Notes under the pieces: generated by a model
Told to the model about the DNA's origin: nothing
The model's database searches: none
The model's input: the letters and a program-made list of their open reading frames with translations, nothing else
NCBI GenBank assembly: GCA_002269645.1
Contig: NIVC01002400.1
Location: 56,945 to 120,944 of the forward strand
Length of the DNA: 64,000 bases
Direction: 5' to 3'
Source of the DNA: Macrostomum lignano
Taxonomy: Eukaryota
Position numbers and translations under genes: made by a program
Shown: positions 23,575 through 39,504 of the stretch, piece after piece
Layout: each line of letters opens with the position of its first letter
How positions within the stretch are numbered: position 1 is the stretch's first letter

Positions 23575-26500
23575 AAGACACTCCCATGAGCGTAGACACT
23601 CCCATGAGCATAGACACTCCCATGAGCATAGACACTCCCATGAGCATAGACACTCCCATGAGCATAGACACTCCCATGAGCATAGACACTCCCATGAGCA
23701 TAGACACTCCCATGAGCAAAGACACTCCCATGAGCATAGACACTCCTATGAGCAAAGACACTCCCATGAGCATAGACACTCCCATGAGCAAAGACACTCC
23801 TATGAGCAAAGACACTCCCATGAGCAAAGACACTCCCATGAGCATAGGCACTCCCATGAGCATAGGCACTCCCATGAGCATAGGCACTCCCATGAGCAAA
23901 GACACTCCCATGAGCATAGACACTCATATGAGCAAAGACACTCCTATGAGCATAGACACTCCTATGAGCAAAGACACTCCTATGAGCATAGACACTCCCA
24001 TGAGCAAAGACACTCCCATGAGCAAAGACACTCTTATGAGCATAGGCACTCCCATGAGCATAGGCACTCCCATGAGCATAGACACTCCCATGAGCATAGA
24101 CACTCCCATGAGCATAGACACTCCCATGAGCAAAGACACTCCTATGAGCAAAGACACTCCCATGAGCAAAGACACTCCCATGAGCATAGACACTCCTATG
24201 AGCAAAGACACTCCTATGAGCATAGACACTCCTATGAGCAAAGACACTCCTATGAGCATAGACACTCCCATGAGCAAAGACACTCCCATGAGCAAAGACA
24301 CTCCTATGAGCATAGGCACTCCCATGAGCATAGGCACTCCCATGAGCATAGACACTCCCATGAGCATAGACACTCCTATGAGCAAAGACACTCCTATGAG
24401 CAAAGACACTCCCATGAGCATAGACACTCCTATGAGCAAAGACACTCCCATGAGCATAGACACTCCTATGAGCATAGACACTCCCATGAGCAAAGACACT
24501 CCCATGAGCAAAGACACTCCCATGAGCATAGGCACTCCTATGGGCAAAGACACTCCTATGAGCATAGACACTCCCATGAGCATAGACACTCCTATGAGCA
24601 TAAGCACTCCCATGAGCATAGACACTCCTATGAGCAAAGACACTCGTATCAGCATAGACACTCCCATGAGTAAAGACACTCCTATGAGCAAAGACACTCC
24701 TATGAGCAAAGACACTCCTATGAGCATAGACACTCCCATGAGCATAGGCACTCCCATGAGCATAGGCACTCCCATGAGCATAGACACTCCTATGAGCAAA
24801 GACACTCCTATGAGCAAAGACACTCCCATGAGCATAGACACTCCTATGAGCAAAGACACTCCCATGAGCATAGACACTCCCATGAGCAAAGACACTCCTA
24901 TGAGCAAAGACACTCCCATGAGCAAAGACACTCCCATGAGCATAGGCACTCCCATGAGCATAGACACTCCCATGAGCAAAGACACTCCTATGGGCAAAGA
25001 CACTCCCATGAGCAAAGACACTCCCATGAGCATAGGCACTCCCATGAGCATAGACACTCACATGAGCATAGACACTCCTATGAGCAAAGACACTCCTATG
25101 AGCAAAGACACTCCCATGAGCATAGGCACTCCCATGAGCATAGGCACTCCCATGAGCATAGACACTCCTATGAGCAAAGACACTCCTATGAGCATAGACA
25201 CTCCCATGAGCAAAGACACTCCATGAGCAAAGACACTCCCATGAGTATAGGCACTCCCATGAGCATAGGCACTCCCATGAGCATAGACACTCACATGAGC
25301 ATAGACACTCCTATGAGCAAAGACACTCCTATGAGCAAAGACACTCCCATGAGCATAGACACTCCCATGAGCATAGACACTCCCATGAGCAAAGACACTC
25401 CCATGAGCAAAGACACTCCCATGAGCATAGGCACTCCTATGGGCAAAGACACTCCTATGAGCATAGACACTCCCATGAGCATAGACACTCCTATGAGCAT
25501 AAGCACTCCCATGAGCATAGACACTCTTATGAGCAAAGACACTCCCATGAGCATAGACACTCCTATGAGCAAAGACACTCCCATGAGCATAGACACTCCC
25601 ATGAGCAAAGACACTCCTATGAGCAAAGACACTCCTATGAGCATAGACACTCCCATGAGCATAGGCACTCCCATGAGCATAGACACTTCCATGAGCATAG
25701 ACACTCCTATGAGCAAAGACACTCCTATGAGCATAGACACTCCCATGAGCAAAGACACTCCTATGAGCATAGACACTCCCATGAGCAAAGACACTCCTAT
25801 GAGCATAGACACTCCTATGAGCAAAGACACTCCTATGGGCAAAGACACTCCCATGAGCAAAGACACTCCTATGGGCAAAGACACTCCTATGAGCAAAGAC
25901 ACTCCTATGGGCAAAGACACTCCCATGAGCAAAGACACTCCTATGAGCAAAGACACTCCTATGAGCAAAGACACTCCCATGAGCAAAGACACTCCCATGA
26001 GCATAGACACTCCCATGAGCATAGACACTCCTATGAGCAAAGACACTCCTATGGGCAAAGACACTCCTATGAGCAAAGACACTCCCATGAGCATAGGCAC
26101 TCCCATGAGCATAGGCACTCCCATGAGCATAGGCACTCCCATGAGCAAAGACACTCCTATGAGCATAGACACTCCCATGAGCAATGACACTCCCATGAGC
26201 AAAGACACTCCCATGAGCATAGGCACTCCCATGAGCATAGGCACTCCCATGAGCATAGACACTCACATGAGCATAGACACTCCTATGAGCAAAGACACTC
26301 CTATGAGCAAAGACACTCCCATGAGCATAGACACTCCTATGAGCATAGACACTCCCATGAGCAAAGACACTCCCATGAGCAAAGACACTCCCATGAGCAT
26401 AGGCACTCCTATGGGCAAAGACACTCCTATGAGCATAGACACTCCTATGAGCAAAGACACTCCTATGAGCATAGACACTCCCATGAGCAAAGACACTCCC

Positions 26501-29500
26501 ATGAGCAAAGACACTCCTATGAGCATAGGCACTCCCATGAGCATAGGCACTCCCATGAGCATAGACACTCCCATGAGCATAGACACTCCTATGAGCAAAG
26601 ACACTCCTATGAGCAAAGACACTCCCATGAGCATAGACACTCCTATGAGCAAAGACACTCCCATGAGCATAGACACTCCTATGAGCATAGACACTCCCAT
26701 GAGCAAAGACACTCCCATGAGCAAAGACACTCCCATGAGCATAGGCACTCCTATGGGCAAAGACACTCCTATGAGCATAGACACTCCCATGAGCATAGAC
26801 ACTCCTATGAGCATAAGCACTCCCATGAGCATAGACACTCCTATGAGCAAAGACACTCGTATCAGCATAGACACTCCCATGAGTAAAGACACTCCTATGA
26901 GCAAAGACACTCCTATGAGCAAAGACACTCCTATGAGCATAGACACTCCCATGAGCATAGGCACTCCCATGAGCATAGGCACTCCCATGAGCATAGACAC
27001 TCCTATGAGCAAAGACACTCCTATGAGCAAAGACACTCCCATGAGCATAGACACTCCTATGAGCAAAGACACTCCCATGAGCATAGACACTCCATGAGCA
27101 AAGACACTCCTATGAGCAAAGACACTCCCATGAGCAAAGACACTCCCATGAGCATAGGCACTCCCATGAGCATAGACACTCCCATGAGCAAAGACACTCC
27201 TATGGCAAAGACACTCCCATGAGCAAAGACACTCCCATGAGCATAGGCACTCCCATGAGCATAGGCACTCCCATGAGCATAGACACTCCTATGAGCATAG
27301 ACACTCCCATGAGCAAAGACACTCCCATGAGCATAGACACTCCTATGAGCATAGACACTCCCATGAGCAAAGACACTCCTATGAGCATAGACACTCCCAT
27401 GAGCATAGGCACTCCCATGAGCATAGGCACTCCCATGAGCATAGACACTCCTATGAGCAAAGACACTCCTATGAGCAAAGACACTCCCATGAGCATAGAC
27501 ACTCCTATGAGCAAAGACACTCCCATGAGCATAGACACTCCCATGAGCAAAAACACTCCTATGAGCAAAGACACTCCCATGAGCAAAGACACTCCCATGA
27601 GCATAGACACTCCCATGAGCATAGACACTCCCATGAGCAAAGACACTCCCATGGGCAAAGACACTCCCATGAGCAAAGACACTCCCATGAGCATAGACAC
27701 TCATATGAGCAAAGACACTCCTATGAGCAAAGACACTCCCATGAGCATAGACACTCCTATGAGCAAAGACACTCCCATGAGCATAGACACTCCCATGAGC
27801 AAAGACACTCCTATGAGCAAAGACACTCCCATGAGCATAGACACTTCCATGAGCATAGACACTCCCATGAGCATAGACACTCCTATGAGCAAAGACCCTC
27901 CTATGGGCAAAGACACTCCCATGAGCAAAGACACTCCCATGAGCATAGGCACTCCCATGAGCATAGGCACTCCCATGAGCATAGACACTCCTATGAGCAA
28001 AGACACTCCTATGAGCATAGACACTCCCATGAGCAATGACACTCCCATGAGCAAAGACACTCCCATGAGCATAGGCACTCCCATGAGCATAGGCACTCCC
28101 ATGAGCATAGACACTCACATGAGCATAGACACTCCTATGAGCAAAGACACTCCTATGAGCAAAGACACTCCCATGAGCATAGACACTCCTATGAGCATAG
28201 ACACTCCCATGAGCAAAGACACTCCCATGAGCAAAGACACTCCCATGAGCATAGGCACTCCTATGGGCAAAGACACTCCTATGAGCATAGACACTCCCAT
28301 GAGCATAGACACTCCTATGAGCATAAGCACTCCCATGAGCATAGACACTCTTATGAGCAAAGACACTCCCATGAGCATAGACACTCCTATGAGCAAAGAC
28401 ACTCCCATGAGCATAGACACTCCCATGAGCAAAGACACTCCTATGAGCAAAGACACTCCTATGAGCATAGACACTCCCATGAGCATAGGCACTCCCATGA
28501 GCATAGACACTTCCATGAGCATAGACACTCCTATGAGCAAAGACACTCCTATGGGCAAAGACACTCCCATGAGCAAAGACACTCCTATGAGCATAGACAC
28601 TCCCATGAGCAAAGACACTCCTATGAGCATAGACACTCCTATGAGCAAAGACACTCCTATGGGCAAAGACACTCCCATGAGCAAAGACACTCCTATGGGC
28701 AAAGACACTCCTATGAGCAAAGACACTCCTATGGGCAAAGACACTCCCATGAGCAAAGACACTCCTATGAGCAAAGACACTCCTATGAGCATAGACACTC
28801 CTATGAGCAAAGACACTCCTATGAGCATAGACACTCCCATGAGCAAAGACACTCCCATGAGCAAAGACACTCCTATGAGCATAGACACTCCCATGAGCAT
28901 AGGCACTCCCATGAGCATAGACACTCCCATGAGCATAGACACTCCTATGAGCAAAGACACTCCTATGAGCAAAGACACTCCCATGAGCATAGACACTCCT
29001 ATGAGCAAAGACACTCCCATGAGCATAGACACTCCTATGAGCATAGACACTCCCATGAGCAAAGACACTCCCATGAGCAAAGACACTCCCATGAGCATAG
29101 ACACTCCTATGGGCAAAGACACTCCTATGAGCATAGACACTCCCATGAGCATAGACACTCCTATGAGCATAAGCACTCCCATGAGCATAGACACTCCTAT
29201 GAGCAAAGACACTCGTATCAGCATAGACACTCCCATGAGTAAAGACACTCCTATGAGCAAAGACACTCCTATGAGCAAAGACACTCCTATGAGCATAGAC
29301 ACTCCCATGAGCATAGGCACTCCCATGAGCATAGGCACTCCCATGAGCATAGACACTCCTATGAGCAAAGACACTCCTATGAGCAAAGACACTCCCATGA
29401 GCATAGACACTCCTATGAGCAAAGACACTCCCATGAGCATAGACACTCCCATGAGCAAAGACACTCCTATGAGCAAAGACACTCCCATGAGCAAAGACAC

Positions 29501-32500
29501 TCCCATGAGCATAGGCACTCCCATGAGCATAGACACTCCCATGAGCAAAGACACTCCTATGGGCAAAGACACTCCCATGAGCAAAGACACTCCCATGAGC
29601 ATAGGCACTCCCATGAGCATAGGCACTCCCATGAGCATAGGCACTCTCATGAGCAAAGACACTCCTATGAGCATAGACACTCCCATGAGCAAAGACACTC
29701 CCATGAGCATAGACACTCCTATGAGCATAGACACTCCCATGAGCAAAGACACTCCTATGAGCATAGACACTCCCATGAGCATAGACACTCCCATGAGCAT
29801 AGACACTCCCATGAGCATAGACACTCCTATGAGCAAAGACACTCCTATGAGCAAAGACACTCCCATGAGCATAGACACTCCTATGAGCAAAGACACTCCC
29901 ATGAGCATAGACACTCCCATGAGCAAAAACACTCCTATGAGCAAAGACACTCCCATGAGCAAAGACACTCCCATGAGCATAGACACTCCCATGAGCATAG
30001 ACACTCCCATGAGCAAAGACACTCCCATGGGCAAAGACACTCCCATGAGCAAAGACACTCCCATGAGCATAGACACTCATATGAGCAAAGACACTCCTAT
30101 GAGCAAAGACACTCCCATGAGCATAGACACTCCTATGAGCAAAGACACTCCCATGAGCATAGACACTCCCATGAGCAAAGACACTCCTATGAGCAAAGAC
30201 ACTCCCATGAGCATAGACACTTCCATGAGCATAGACACTCCCATGAGCATAGACACTCCTATGAGCAAAGACCCTCCTATGGGCAAAGACACTCCCATGA
30301 GCAAAGACACTCCCATGAGCATAGGCACTCCCATGAGCATAGGCACTCCCATGAGCATAGACACTCCTATGAGCAAAGACACTCCTATGAGCATAGACAC
30401 TCCCATGAGCAATGACACTCCCATGAGCAAAGACACTCCCATGAGCATAGGCACTCCCATGAGCATAGGCACTCCCATGAGCATAGACACTCACATGAGC
30501 ATAGACACTCCTATGAGCAAAGACACTCCTATGAGCAAAGACACTCCCATGAGCATAGACACTCCTATGAGCATAGACACTCCCATGAGCAAAGACACTC
30601 CCATGAGCAAAGACACTCCCATGAGCATAGGCACTCCTATGGGCAAAGACACTCCTATGAGCATAGACACTCCCATGAGCATAGACACTCCTATGAGCAT
30701 AAGCACTCCCATGAGCATAGACACTCTTATGAGCAAAGACACTCCCATGAGCATAGACACTCCTATGAGCAAAGACACTCCCATGAGCATAGACACTCCC
30801 ATGAGCAAAGACACTCCTATGAGCAAAGACACTCCTATGAGCATAGACACTCCCATGAGCATAGACACTCCATGAGCATAGACACTCCATGAGCATAGAC
30901 ACTCCTATGAGCAAAGACACTCCTATGGCAAAGACACTCCCATGAGCAAAGACACTCCTATGAGCAAAGACACTCCTATGAGCAAAGACACTCCTATGAG
31001 CAAAGACACTCCTATGAGCAAAGACACTCCTATGAGCAAAGACACTCCCATGAGCAAAGACACTCCTATGAGCAAAGACACTCCTATGAGCAAAGACACT
31101 CCTATGAGCAAAGACACTCCATGAGCAAAGACACTCCTATGAGCAAAGACACTCCTATGAGCAAAGACACTCCCATGAGCAAAGACACTCCCATGAGCAT
31201 AGACACTCCCATGAGCATAGACACTCCTATGAGCAAAGACACTCCTATGGGCAAAGACACTCCTATGAGCAAGACACTCCCATGAGCATAGACACTCCCA
31301 TGAGCATAGGCACTCCCATGAGCATAGGCACTCCCATGAGCAAGACACTCCTATGAGCATAGACACTCCATGAGCAAGACACTCCTATGAGCAAAGACAC
31401 TCCCATGAGCATAGACACTCCCATGAGCATAGACACTCCCATGAGCATAGACACTCCATGAGCATAGACACTCCCATGAGCAAAGACACTCCTATGAGCA
31501 TAAGACACTCCCATGAGCATAGACACTCCTATGAGCATAGACACTCCCATGAGCATAGACACTCCTATGAGCAAAGACACTCCCATGAGCATAGACACTC
31601 CTATGAGCAAAGACACTCCTATGAGCATAGACACTCCTATGAGCATAGACACTCCTATGAGCATAGACACTCCCATGAGCATAGACACTCTATGAGCATA
31701 GACACTCCCATGAGCATAGACACTCCTATGAGCAAAGACACTCTATGAGCAAGACACTCCTATGAGCATAGACACTCCCATGAGCATAGACACTCCCATG
31801 AGCATAGACACTCCATGAGCATAGACACTCCTATGAGCAAAGACACTCCTATGGGCAAAGACACTCCCATGAGCAAAGACACTCCTATGGGCAAAGACAC
31901 TCCTATGAGCAAAGACACTCCTATGAGCAAAGACACTCCCATATGAGCAAAGACACTCCTATGAGCATAGACACTCCTATGAGCATAGACACTCCCATGA
32001 GCATAAGCACTCCCATGAGCATAGACACTCCCATGAGCATAGACACTCCCATGAGCATAAGACACTCCTATGAGCATAGACACTCCCATGAGCATAGACA
32101 CTCCCATGAGCATAAGCACTCCCATGAGCATAGACACTCCCATGAGCAAAGACACTCCCATGAGCAAAGACACTCCCATGAGCAAAGACACTCCCATGAG
32201 CAAAGACACTCCTATGGGCAAAGACACTCCCATGAGCAAAGACACTCCTATGGGCAAAGACACTCCTATGAGCAAAGACACTCCTATGGGCAAAGACACT
32301 CCCATGAGCAAAGACACTCCTATGGGCAAAGACACTCCTATGAGCAAAGACACTCCTATGGGCAAAGACACTCCCATGAGCAAAGACACTCCTATGAGCA
32401 AAGACACTCCTATGAGCAAAGACACTCCCATGAGCATAGACACTCCTATGAGCAAAGACACTCGTATGAGCATAGACACTCCTATGAGCAAAGACACTCG

Positions 32501-32850
32501 TATGAGCATAGACACTCCTATGAGCAAAGACACTCCCATGAGCAAAGACACTCGTATGAGCATAGACACTCCCATGAGCAAAGACACTCCTATGAGCAAA
32601 GACACTCCTATGGGCAAAGACACTCCCATGAGCAAAGACACTCCTATGGGCAAAGACACTCCTATGAGCATAAGCACTCCCATGAGCATAGACACTCCTA
32701 TGAGCAAAGACACTCCCATGAGCATAGACACTCCTATGAGCAAAGACACTCCTATGAGCATAGACACTCCTATGAGCAAAGACACTCCTATGAGCATAGA
32801 CACTCCCATGAGCATAGACACTCCCATGAGCAAAGACACTCCCATGAGCA
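23575..32850. repeat. 9.3-kb 18-bp satellite (gacactcc[c/t]atgagca[t/a]a), about 515 units, with higher-order duplications
   Basis: Tandem 18-mers. Identical variant order at 27701 and 30077 (offset 2376 = 132 units). Confidence 0.98.
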
Positions 32851-33436
32851 TAGAAGACTGCCATGATGGCACTCCATAAGCAAAGGCACTCCAGCAATGA
32901 CACTTACATGACGACTATGGCACTTCAAAAATGCCCTATGAAACTGCCCTCTCATTATGGAGCAAGGTTGCAAAATATTTAAATTTACTCGTACATTCGT
33001 CTACTCATTTCAAATAAAAAAGGTCATTTGTAGATCTCTTTTTTATCGATTTTTCTTCACCAGTTTCACGCGCCGAATTTCAATTATTCTTGCAGCGCGT
33101 CGAAGGAATACAAATTACATTTATGTACATGCCGCATGTAGTTCAGCATTACTATGTAAATAATTACTGATTTGTTGTCGAATAAACTGATGGGGTGTAA
33201 AGCCAATTGCCTACAGCAGCAAACTGAAATTAACACTGATCAATAAGCTGACTAAGTCCTATACGCCATTCGCCCGTCAAGCTGTCAATGAGAGTTTTCT
33301 ACGAAACAGTAAGTTAGGTCAGAACTCGTGCTCGTAGCTTAAGGCTGGGACCTTCTCACGTATACCTATTTGCGAACAGCTCAACAAGGCTCGTTCTCAG
33401 TTTTTGAATTTGTCTAGTTATGTCATTCATCCTTTT

Positions 33437-33862
<426 letters not shown>

Positions 33863-35862
33863 GTCTTCATCTATGTGATGTGTATGTGTCTTTGTGTCCG
33901 TATGAGTGTCTTGTGTGTGTGTCTGTATGTGCCTGTCTTTACGTCTGCAGCTCTCAAGGATACCACAGTCGTGACGAACTAGTTGTTCTGTATTCCTTTA
34001 CTCCAGTGACATACACGCTCGTACACCTCTCGTACTATTTCGCATGTGCCTGCGCGTATCTTATTCGCAATTTGGTCAATAATGTACTTCGCTCTTGCAC
34101 TTACTAGTTTAATGCTTATTGTGATGGACCACCTAGCTGTCAAAGGGAATTTAAGCCATTGATTTTGATAGTATTGCAATTAGGTCGATGGATACTACAT
34201 TGAAATGTGATAGTTTTGCTCAGCAAATGCATAAAGTACATCAATATATGCCTTCAATATTGAGGTGGAGTAAATCATTACCCTTACTATCAATAGTATA
34301 GTTTTGACATCTTACATTCGACACGTTCGTGCACATGTGCATAAATGATTTATAGCAGTACTATGTACATGTATGTTTGAATCTCTGTAGAACAGCTGCT
34401 ATATTTCGGTGTGAAATGTGAGCTCCCACTGCTTCATTATCACCTTATCTTCATCTGACATACATGTTCATGTACTGTAGCTTTCAGGAAAAAATTTAGA
34501 TGCTTCGATCGTAGCTTGAGGTAAAGTGGGGTTTTCAAGATTGCTCGTAGAGGACCGATCGAGACGATGCGCGGTAGCTGCAATTGTTAGAACGCGAAGA
34601 TAGACCGGAAGAAATGCAAAGTGCTAAAGCGAAGGGGGTGTTGAGAAGCACTGTATGGAAAGTGATGTGGGGTTGGAGAATTATGGAAGAAGAAAAGGAT
34701 AATTATAGTCTGATCAGGATCGAGTAGACGAGTGTGAGAACACTACCTGGTATAAGTAAGCTCCAGCTTAGGTAATCTATTTGTCTACTAGAATAAACAA
34801 CTCGATCAGAGCAACTATCGCTTTTTACGATCAATATAAAAGTACGTTTTAATTGGAAAGTGGAATACATGTACTTCTCGATATGCTCTAAAAATCGGCA
34901 TTTACATGTGTAATGTACGAGGTTTGACATGAAAACTTGACCCCAAGTTGATATACATTTGGGCAGACAGTTAACAAAATTTTAATTAAGCTCTTTTGTA
35001 CAGTATGTATTTTACAGACTGCGTTTAGAGCGATGCTGGTGACGCAGCAGTTAGGACCCGGATACTTTCAATTGCGGCTGTGGCTAAACCACGGCCTGGT
35101 GTACATGCACCGGTCTTGAAGTAGCTGAAATTTTTTTCATGATGATGGATCTGATCCAATCCAGACTGTTTGCGAGCTTCTTATTGCCCTCTACAGTTAA
35201 CTATTAATTGTTTAAAGTTTTGTTTTTAGTTACAGCGGCTTACTTTCATAAATGCTTTCCAACTATCAGCACCGATCGATCGCAAAGCTGCCCAAATCCT
35301 ATATACTAAAATGATTTCCCTTCCTGAGGATATCTTATGGCCCAGAGACCAATCCTGATAGGCTGCAGAATTTTACTTTTACGAATTTTCTTCAGAAAGA
35401 ATTAGGATACTATAATTTTCAGGTTACATATGTATGCTCCATGTCCTTGAAATTATGTTGCAGAACTACTTAGAACAGTTTAAACGTCTTATTTTCTATA
35501 TGGTTTGTAATCCGTTCAGTTTAGTGCACGTTGCAAAGAGCCCAGCAGAATTCATATTCACCATAGACTGAGAACTTAAATCACTAGGCAATTTTGGTTT
35601 ATTTTACGAATATGAAGCGCAATAGAAAACAAAAAAGTTTTTTAATTGGTACAATATTATAAACTTGCAAAAGCTAGTTTATACAATGATGAATTTTGTT
35701 TTAACATCAGAGCACAATATACTAATACAAATTGTTCTATTTCGAAGAAACCATTTGAAAATCATGTGGTAGGTGGGCTACCACCGGTGTTTTTTGCTTT
35801 GTCCCCGGGTTAGGCCCACTTTGTCCACCATGAGGTGCGAAATGACGTGTCCCGCCATCCCG

Positions 35863-35905
35863 CCGCGGGACCAACCAAAGTTTGCCCCTTTGGTTGGTCC
35901 CGCGG
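35863..35905. other. Perfect 18-bp GC-rich hairpin with a 7-nt loop
   Basis: ccgcgggaccaaccaaag-tttgccc-ctttggttggtcccgcgg. Confidence 0.95.
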
Positions 35906-36729
35906 TTGCGCCCTTGTGTGGTTTGTCCCTTTCCCGGCTGTGGTCCCTTCTGTTGCCCCACCCTCGTGCCTAACATACTTTGCTTATTTTCGGTTCAATA
36001 TTTTTTGTTTTCCAATCGATGCACCACCGCTGGATCCCGTAACTGATCTCAGCGTTGGCCTTGTTCACCCCAACTTGTGTCCTAACTTCTCCGTGTAATA
36101 TTTAATCAATGCGAAATCGCAGCGTTTTACAAAAACCTTTTCCTCCTCTCCTCCTCCAACCCCTCCGCCTCTTTGCTATCTCTTTTGCCTGTTCCTTACC
36201 TTGTGTTTAACTTTTAATTAGCTGTTTAGTCTATCAATAAAGTTTAAGAATCATAAGTTAGTTTAGCACCCCGGCACGCCGGATCCACTTCATCGATCGT
36301 ATCTCGCTCTCTGTCGCATCAATATTTAATCACTATCGTTTGTCGACTTAATAAAACAGTAAACAGTCTGCTATTAATTTTCTTATCAATTAACTGAAGC
36401 CTCGTTAGTCTATATTAAGTCATTTGCCCGTGGGGCGTAAAACAACAAGTCCTCAACTCAAAGAAAGTCTGAGACTTCAAAGTTCCGTAATACGTAAATT
36501 ACGGTGGTGGCAGCTCTACCCTACTGAAAGTAAGCAGTTCAGCACATTCAACGCGTAAATTCTACGGTGTCAAAATCTACGGTGTCTACCATCTGAACGA
36601 CCGTGCCGCTCTAACGACCGCTCTGCTACGATTACGACTACCCTCCCCCCGGACCTGAGGAACCCGGCAGTCGGAGTAAAACAGGAGAAAAGCGTCCGAA
36701 TTATTCTGCAAATTTTTCCGGCTTTACAA

Positions 36730-38736
36730 ATGCCGAAGATCACGAAGGCGGCAGTTCAAAGTTTAAAGAAAACCGCCCCAAACCTTCCCTACTCCCAACA
36801 ACCTCTCAAGCAAAATGCAACTCAAAAAAACATACGAAAAAAGCTCACTTCATGGAAATTTGAAACAACTCTCTGTGCAGACAACATGATCAACCAGGCC
36901 TTTATTCAAAACGATACAAAACAACTTTGGAACCTATTAAAAACACCAAATCCCTCAAACAACAGAGTAACAATTGACGAAAAATTTGTCATACACTTTC
37001 AAAATCTTGTAACTGAACAAGACAGCAACATTAGGCTATCATACAATCTTCACCTTGACAACCCTATTCTGGCTGATTTAGAGGATTTCAATGCCCCATT
37101 CACCAAAGAAGAAGTTATAAAACATATCAAAAAGCTCAAAACCGACAAAGCACCTGGACACGATAAAGTACATGTAGAAACACTCAAATACCTCGAGAAC
37201 GAACTTGCTGACCTCCTATGCTCACTTTTCAACGAAGCGCTCAAACAAGGAACCTTCCCGACTAGTTGGATAACAAATACACTTCATCCGATTTATAAAA
37301 ACAAAGGCAGCAGTGCCGACCCCAACAATTACAGAGGAATCTGCATTCAACCAATTCTTGGCAAGCTCTTTTGCCAAATTATTAAATCCAGACTCGAAAA
37401 CCTAGCATACGCAAACAATCTTATATCAAAATACCAATATGGTTTCAAGCCCAATCACAGCACAATCGACCAATGTTTTAATCTTTACAACATTATAAAC
37501 CAATCCATTTACAACAAAGAAGAACTCTTTATTGGATTTGTTGACTATGAAAAAGCCTTCGATAGCTTAAACCAACCGACCCTCTGGCACAAAACAGACA
37601 ACCAGGGTATTAAAGGTCAAATGACAAAACTTATCAAGAACATGCATAAAAATGCCTGCTTCATTCTAAAAAAAGATGATGATGATGATGAAACCCAGCC
37701 AATCCCAATATCTAAAGGTGTTCTCCAAGGCAATCCTCTCTCTACCATCCTTTTTGAGCTATATATTGACGACATTGTTGAATATCTTGAACTCTCTAGC
37801 GCTAGACGCTCTCTTACGAGATCTGCTTTCCCACTCATCCTACTCTTTGCGGACGATCAAGCCATTCTAGCTAAAAACAAAGACGAATTTCAAGACACAT
37901 TTACGACTATGGAAAATTACTGCAAGCAAAATTACTTGAAAGTAAACGCAAGCAAAACAAAGTTTATGCAGGGCAACACCAGACAAAAAAACGATACAGA
38001 AAGCATTGCTACAAAAATATACTACGACAACCAAGAAATAGAGGAAGTAAATGAATTTAAATACCTAGGAATTATTTTTGAACCAAAAAACAGCTTTAAA
38101 AAATGTATTGAACACCAAACTAAGCAGGGATATACAGCCATGTTTTCCCTACTCCACAAGGTAAAAAATACGTCCCTGGACATCACACTCATTCGCAGAC
38201 TATTCGACGCGCTTGTTACCCCCGTTATCACGTACGGCTGTGAGCTCTGGGGCCCTCTGGCAACCATGTCTGATACAAAAGCTATTGATAACATCCAGCT
38301 GAAATTCTATAAATACCTCCTCAATCTACCAAAATTTGCTAGCAACAGTGTGATATCATCAGAACTTGAGCTTACTCCAATCTCTCAACGAATCGCTAAA
38401 ACCTACCTCATCTATTGGCTGAAGATTAGACACAAAAAACTCTGCCAAACGACTCTAGAAATTTTCTACTCAAACACCGGCCAGAAAAATCCATGGAAAA
38501 TGAATGTACTAAAGAAACTGGAAAGTATAGACCTAAAAGCACTAACTGAAGATAAACTTTCCCAAAGCTTTAGTAACGAGAAATACCTAGTGAAAAAGCA
38601 CCTCAAGATACACAGAGAAAGAGAACTTAGCCAAAAGCTAGAGAATCAGCAACATATTAAACTCTACAAAAACGCCTATCTCTACAAAAAAATCTGCAGG
38701 CCCGACCTTTCAGATTACTTTCCATGCGTGCACATT
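36730..38736 (+). mobile_element. Non-LTR retrotransposon ORF2 (RT domain, no AP endonuclease), 5' part; interrupted by an insertion
   Basis: 669-aa uninterrupted ORF with KAPGHD, NYRGICI, QYGF, FVDYEKAFDSL, GVLQGNPLS, LLFADD and FKYLG. Confidence 0.92.
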
Positions 38737-38989
38737 TAGAAACAAAACTAGCAATCTAGTGCGGCCCCCCTTCGGGGCGCCCAATAAGAAAGGAGCAAAA
38801 ATAGTTCATGGAAAACAATAAAAAAACACATTTTCTTAAACACTAATTCCTTCTTCACATTTTAAAAATCACCTTATTCGTGTAAAATTGTCACGGACTA
38901 AGATGTTTGCAAAATTAAAAAATCACTTTTTCTCTAAAATTAACAAACAGTCAACAAAATATCGTTTCACTAAATAGAAAATATTCCCA

Positions 38990-39380
38990 AGACAGCAAGC
39001 AACCCCTCCAAAAGTGAACAATCGCAGATAGCAAGCATCCTCTAATGCTCATAGCAAGAATCACCACAGATAGCAAGCATCTGCAGATTAGCAAGCACCC
39101 CCAGATATTATAGAAGCATCCTGCAGATAGCAAGCACCCCCCAGATATTATAGAAGCATCCTGCAGATAGCAAGCACCCCCCAGATATTATAGAAGCATC
39201 CACCCAGATAGCAAGCATCCTGCAGATAGCAAGAATCCCTAAATAGCAAGCATCCTGCAGATAGCAAGAATCCCTGAATAGCAAGCATCCCTGGATAGAA
39301 AGAATCCCATGCATGTAGCCAGTACCCCCTCTCCCAAATAGCAAGTATCCCCCCTCGAGAGCAAGCATCCACGAGACAGC
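38990..39380. repeat. Diverged minisatellite (gatagcaagcatcc core) inside the Helitron-like element
   Basis: Repeated gcaagcatcctgcagatagcaagcaccccccagatattataga variants. Confidence 0.85.
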
Positions 39381-39504
39381 AAGTAGCTAGTGCAAATGTT
39401 ACTTCCGCTAATGCAATAATCGCTTTCTCAGGTTGTGCAACAATCCACGTCTCAGCGAGCGCAATAATCTCTTTTTTAGACAGCGCAGTAATCAGCTTCT
39501 CAGC

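Noticed and set aside
35030-35140. GC-richer patch as an exon
   Set aside because: Stops in all minus frames, only a short plus frame, and no partner exons found.
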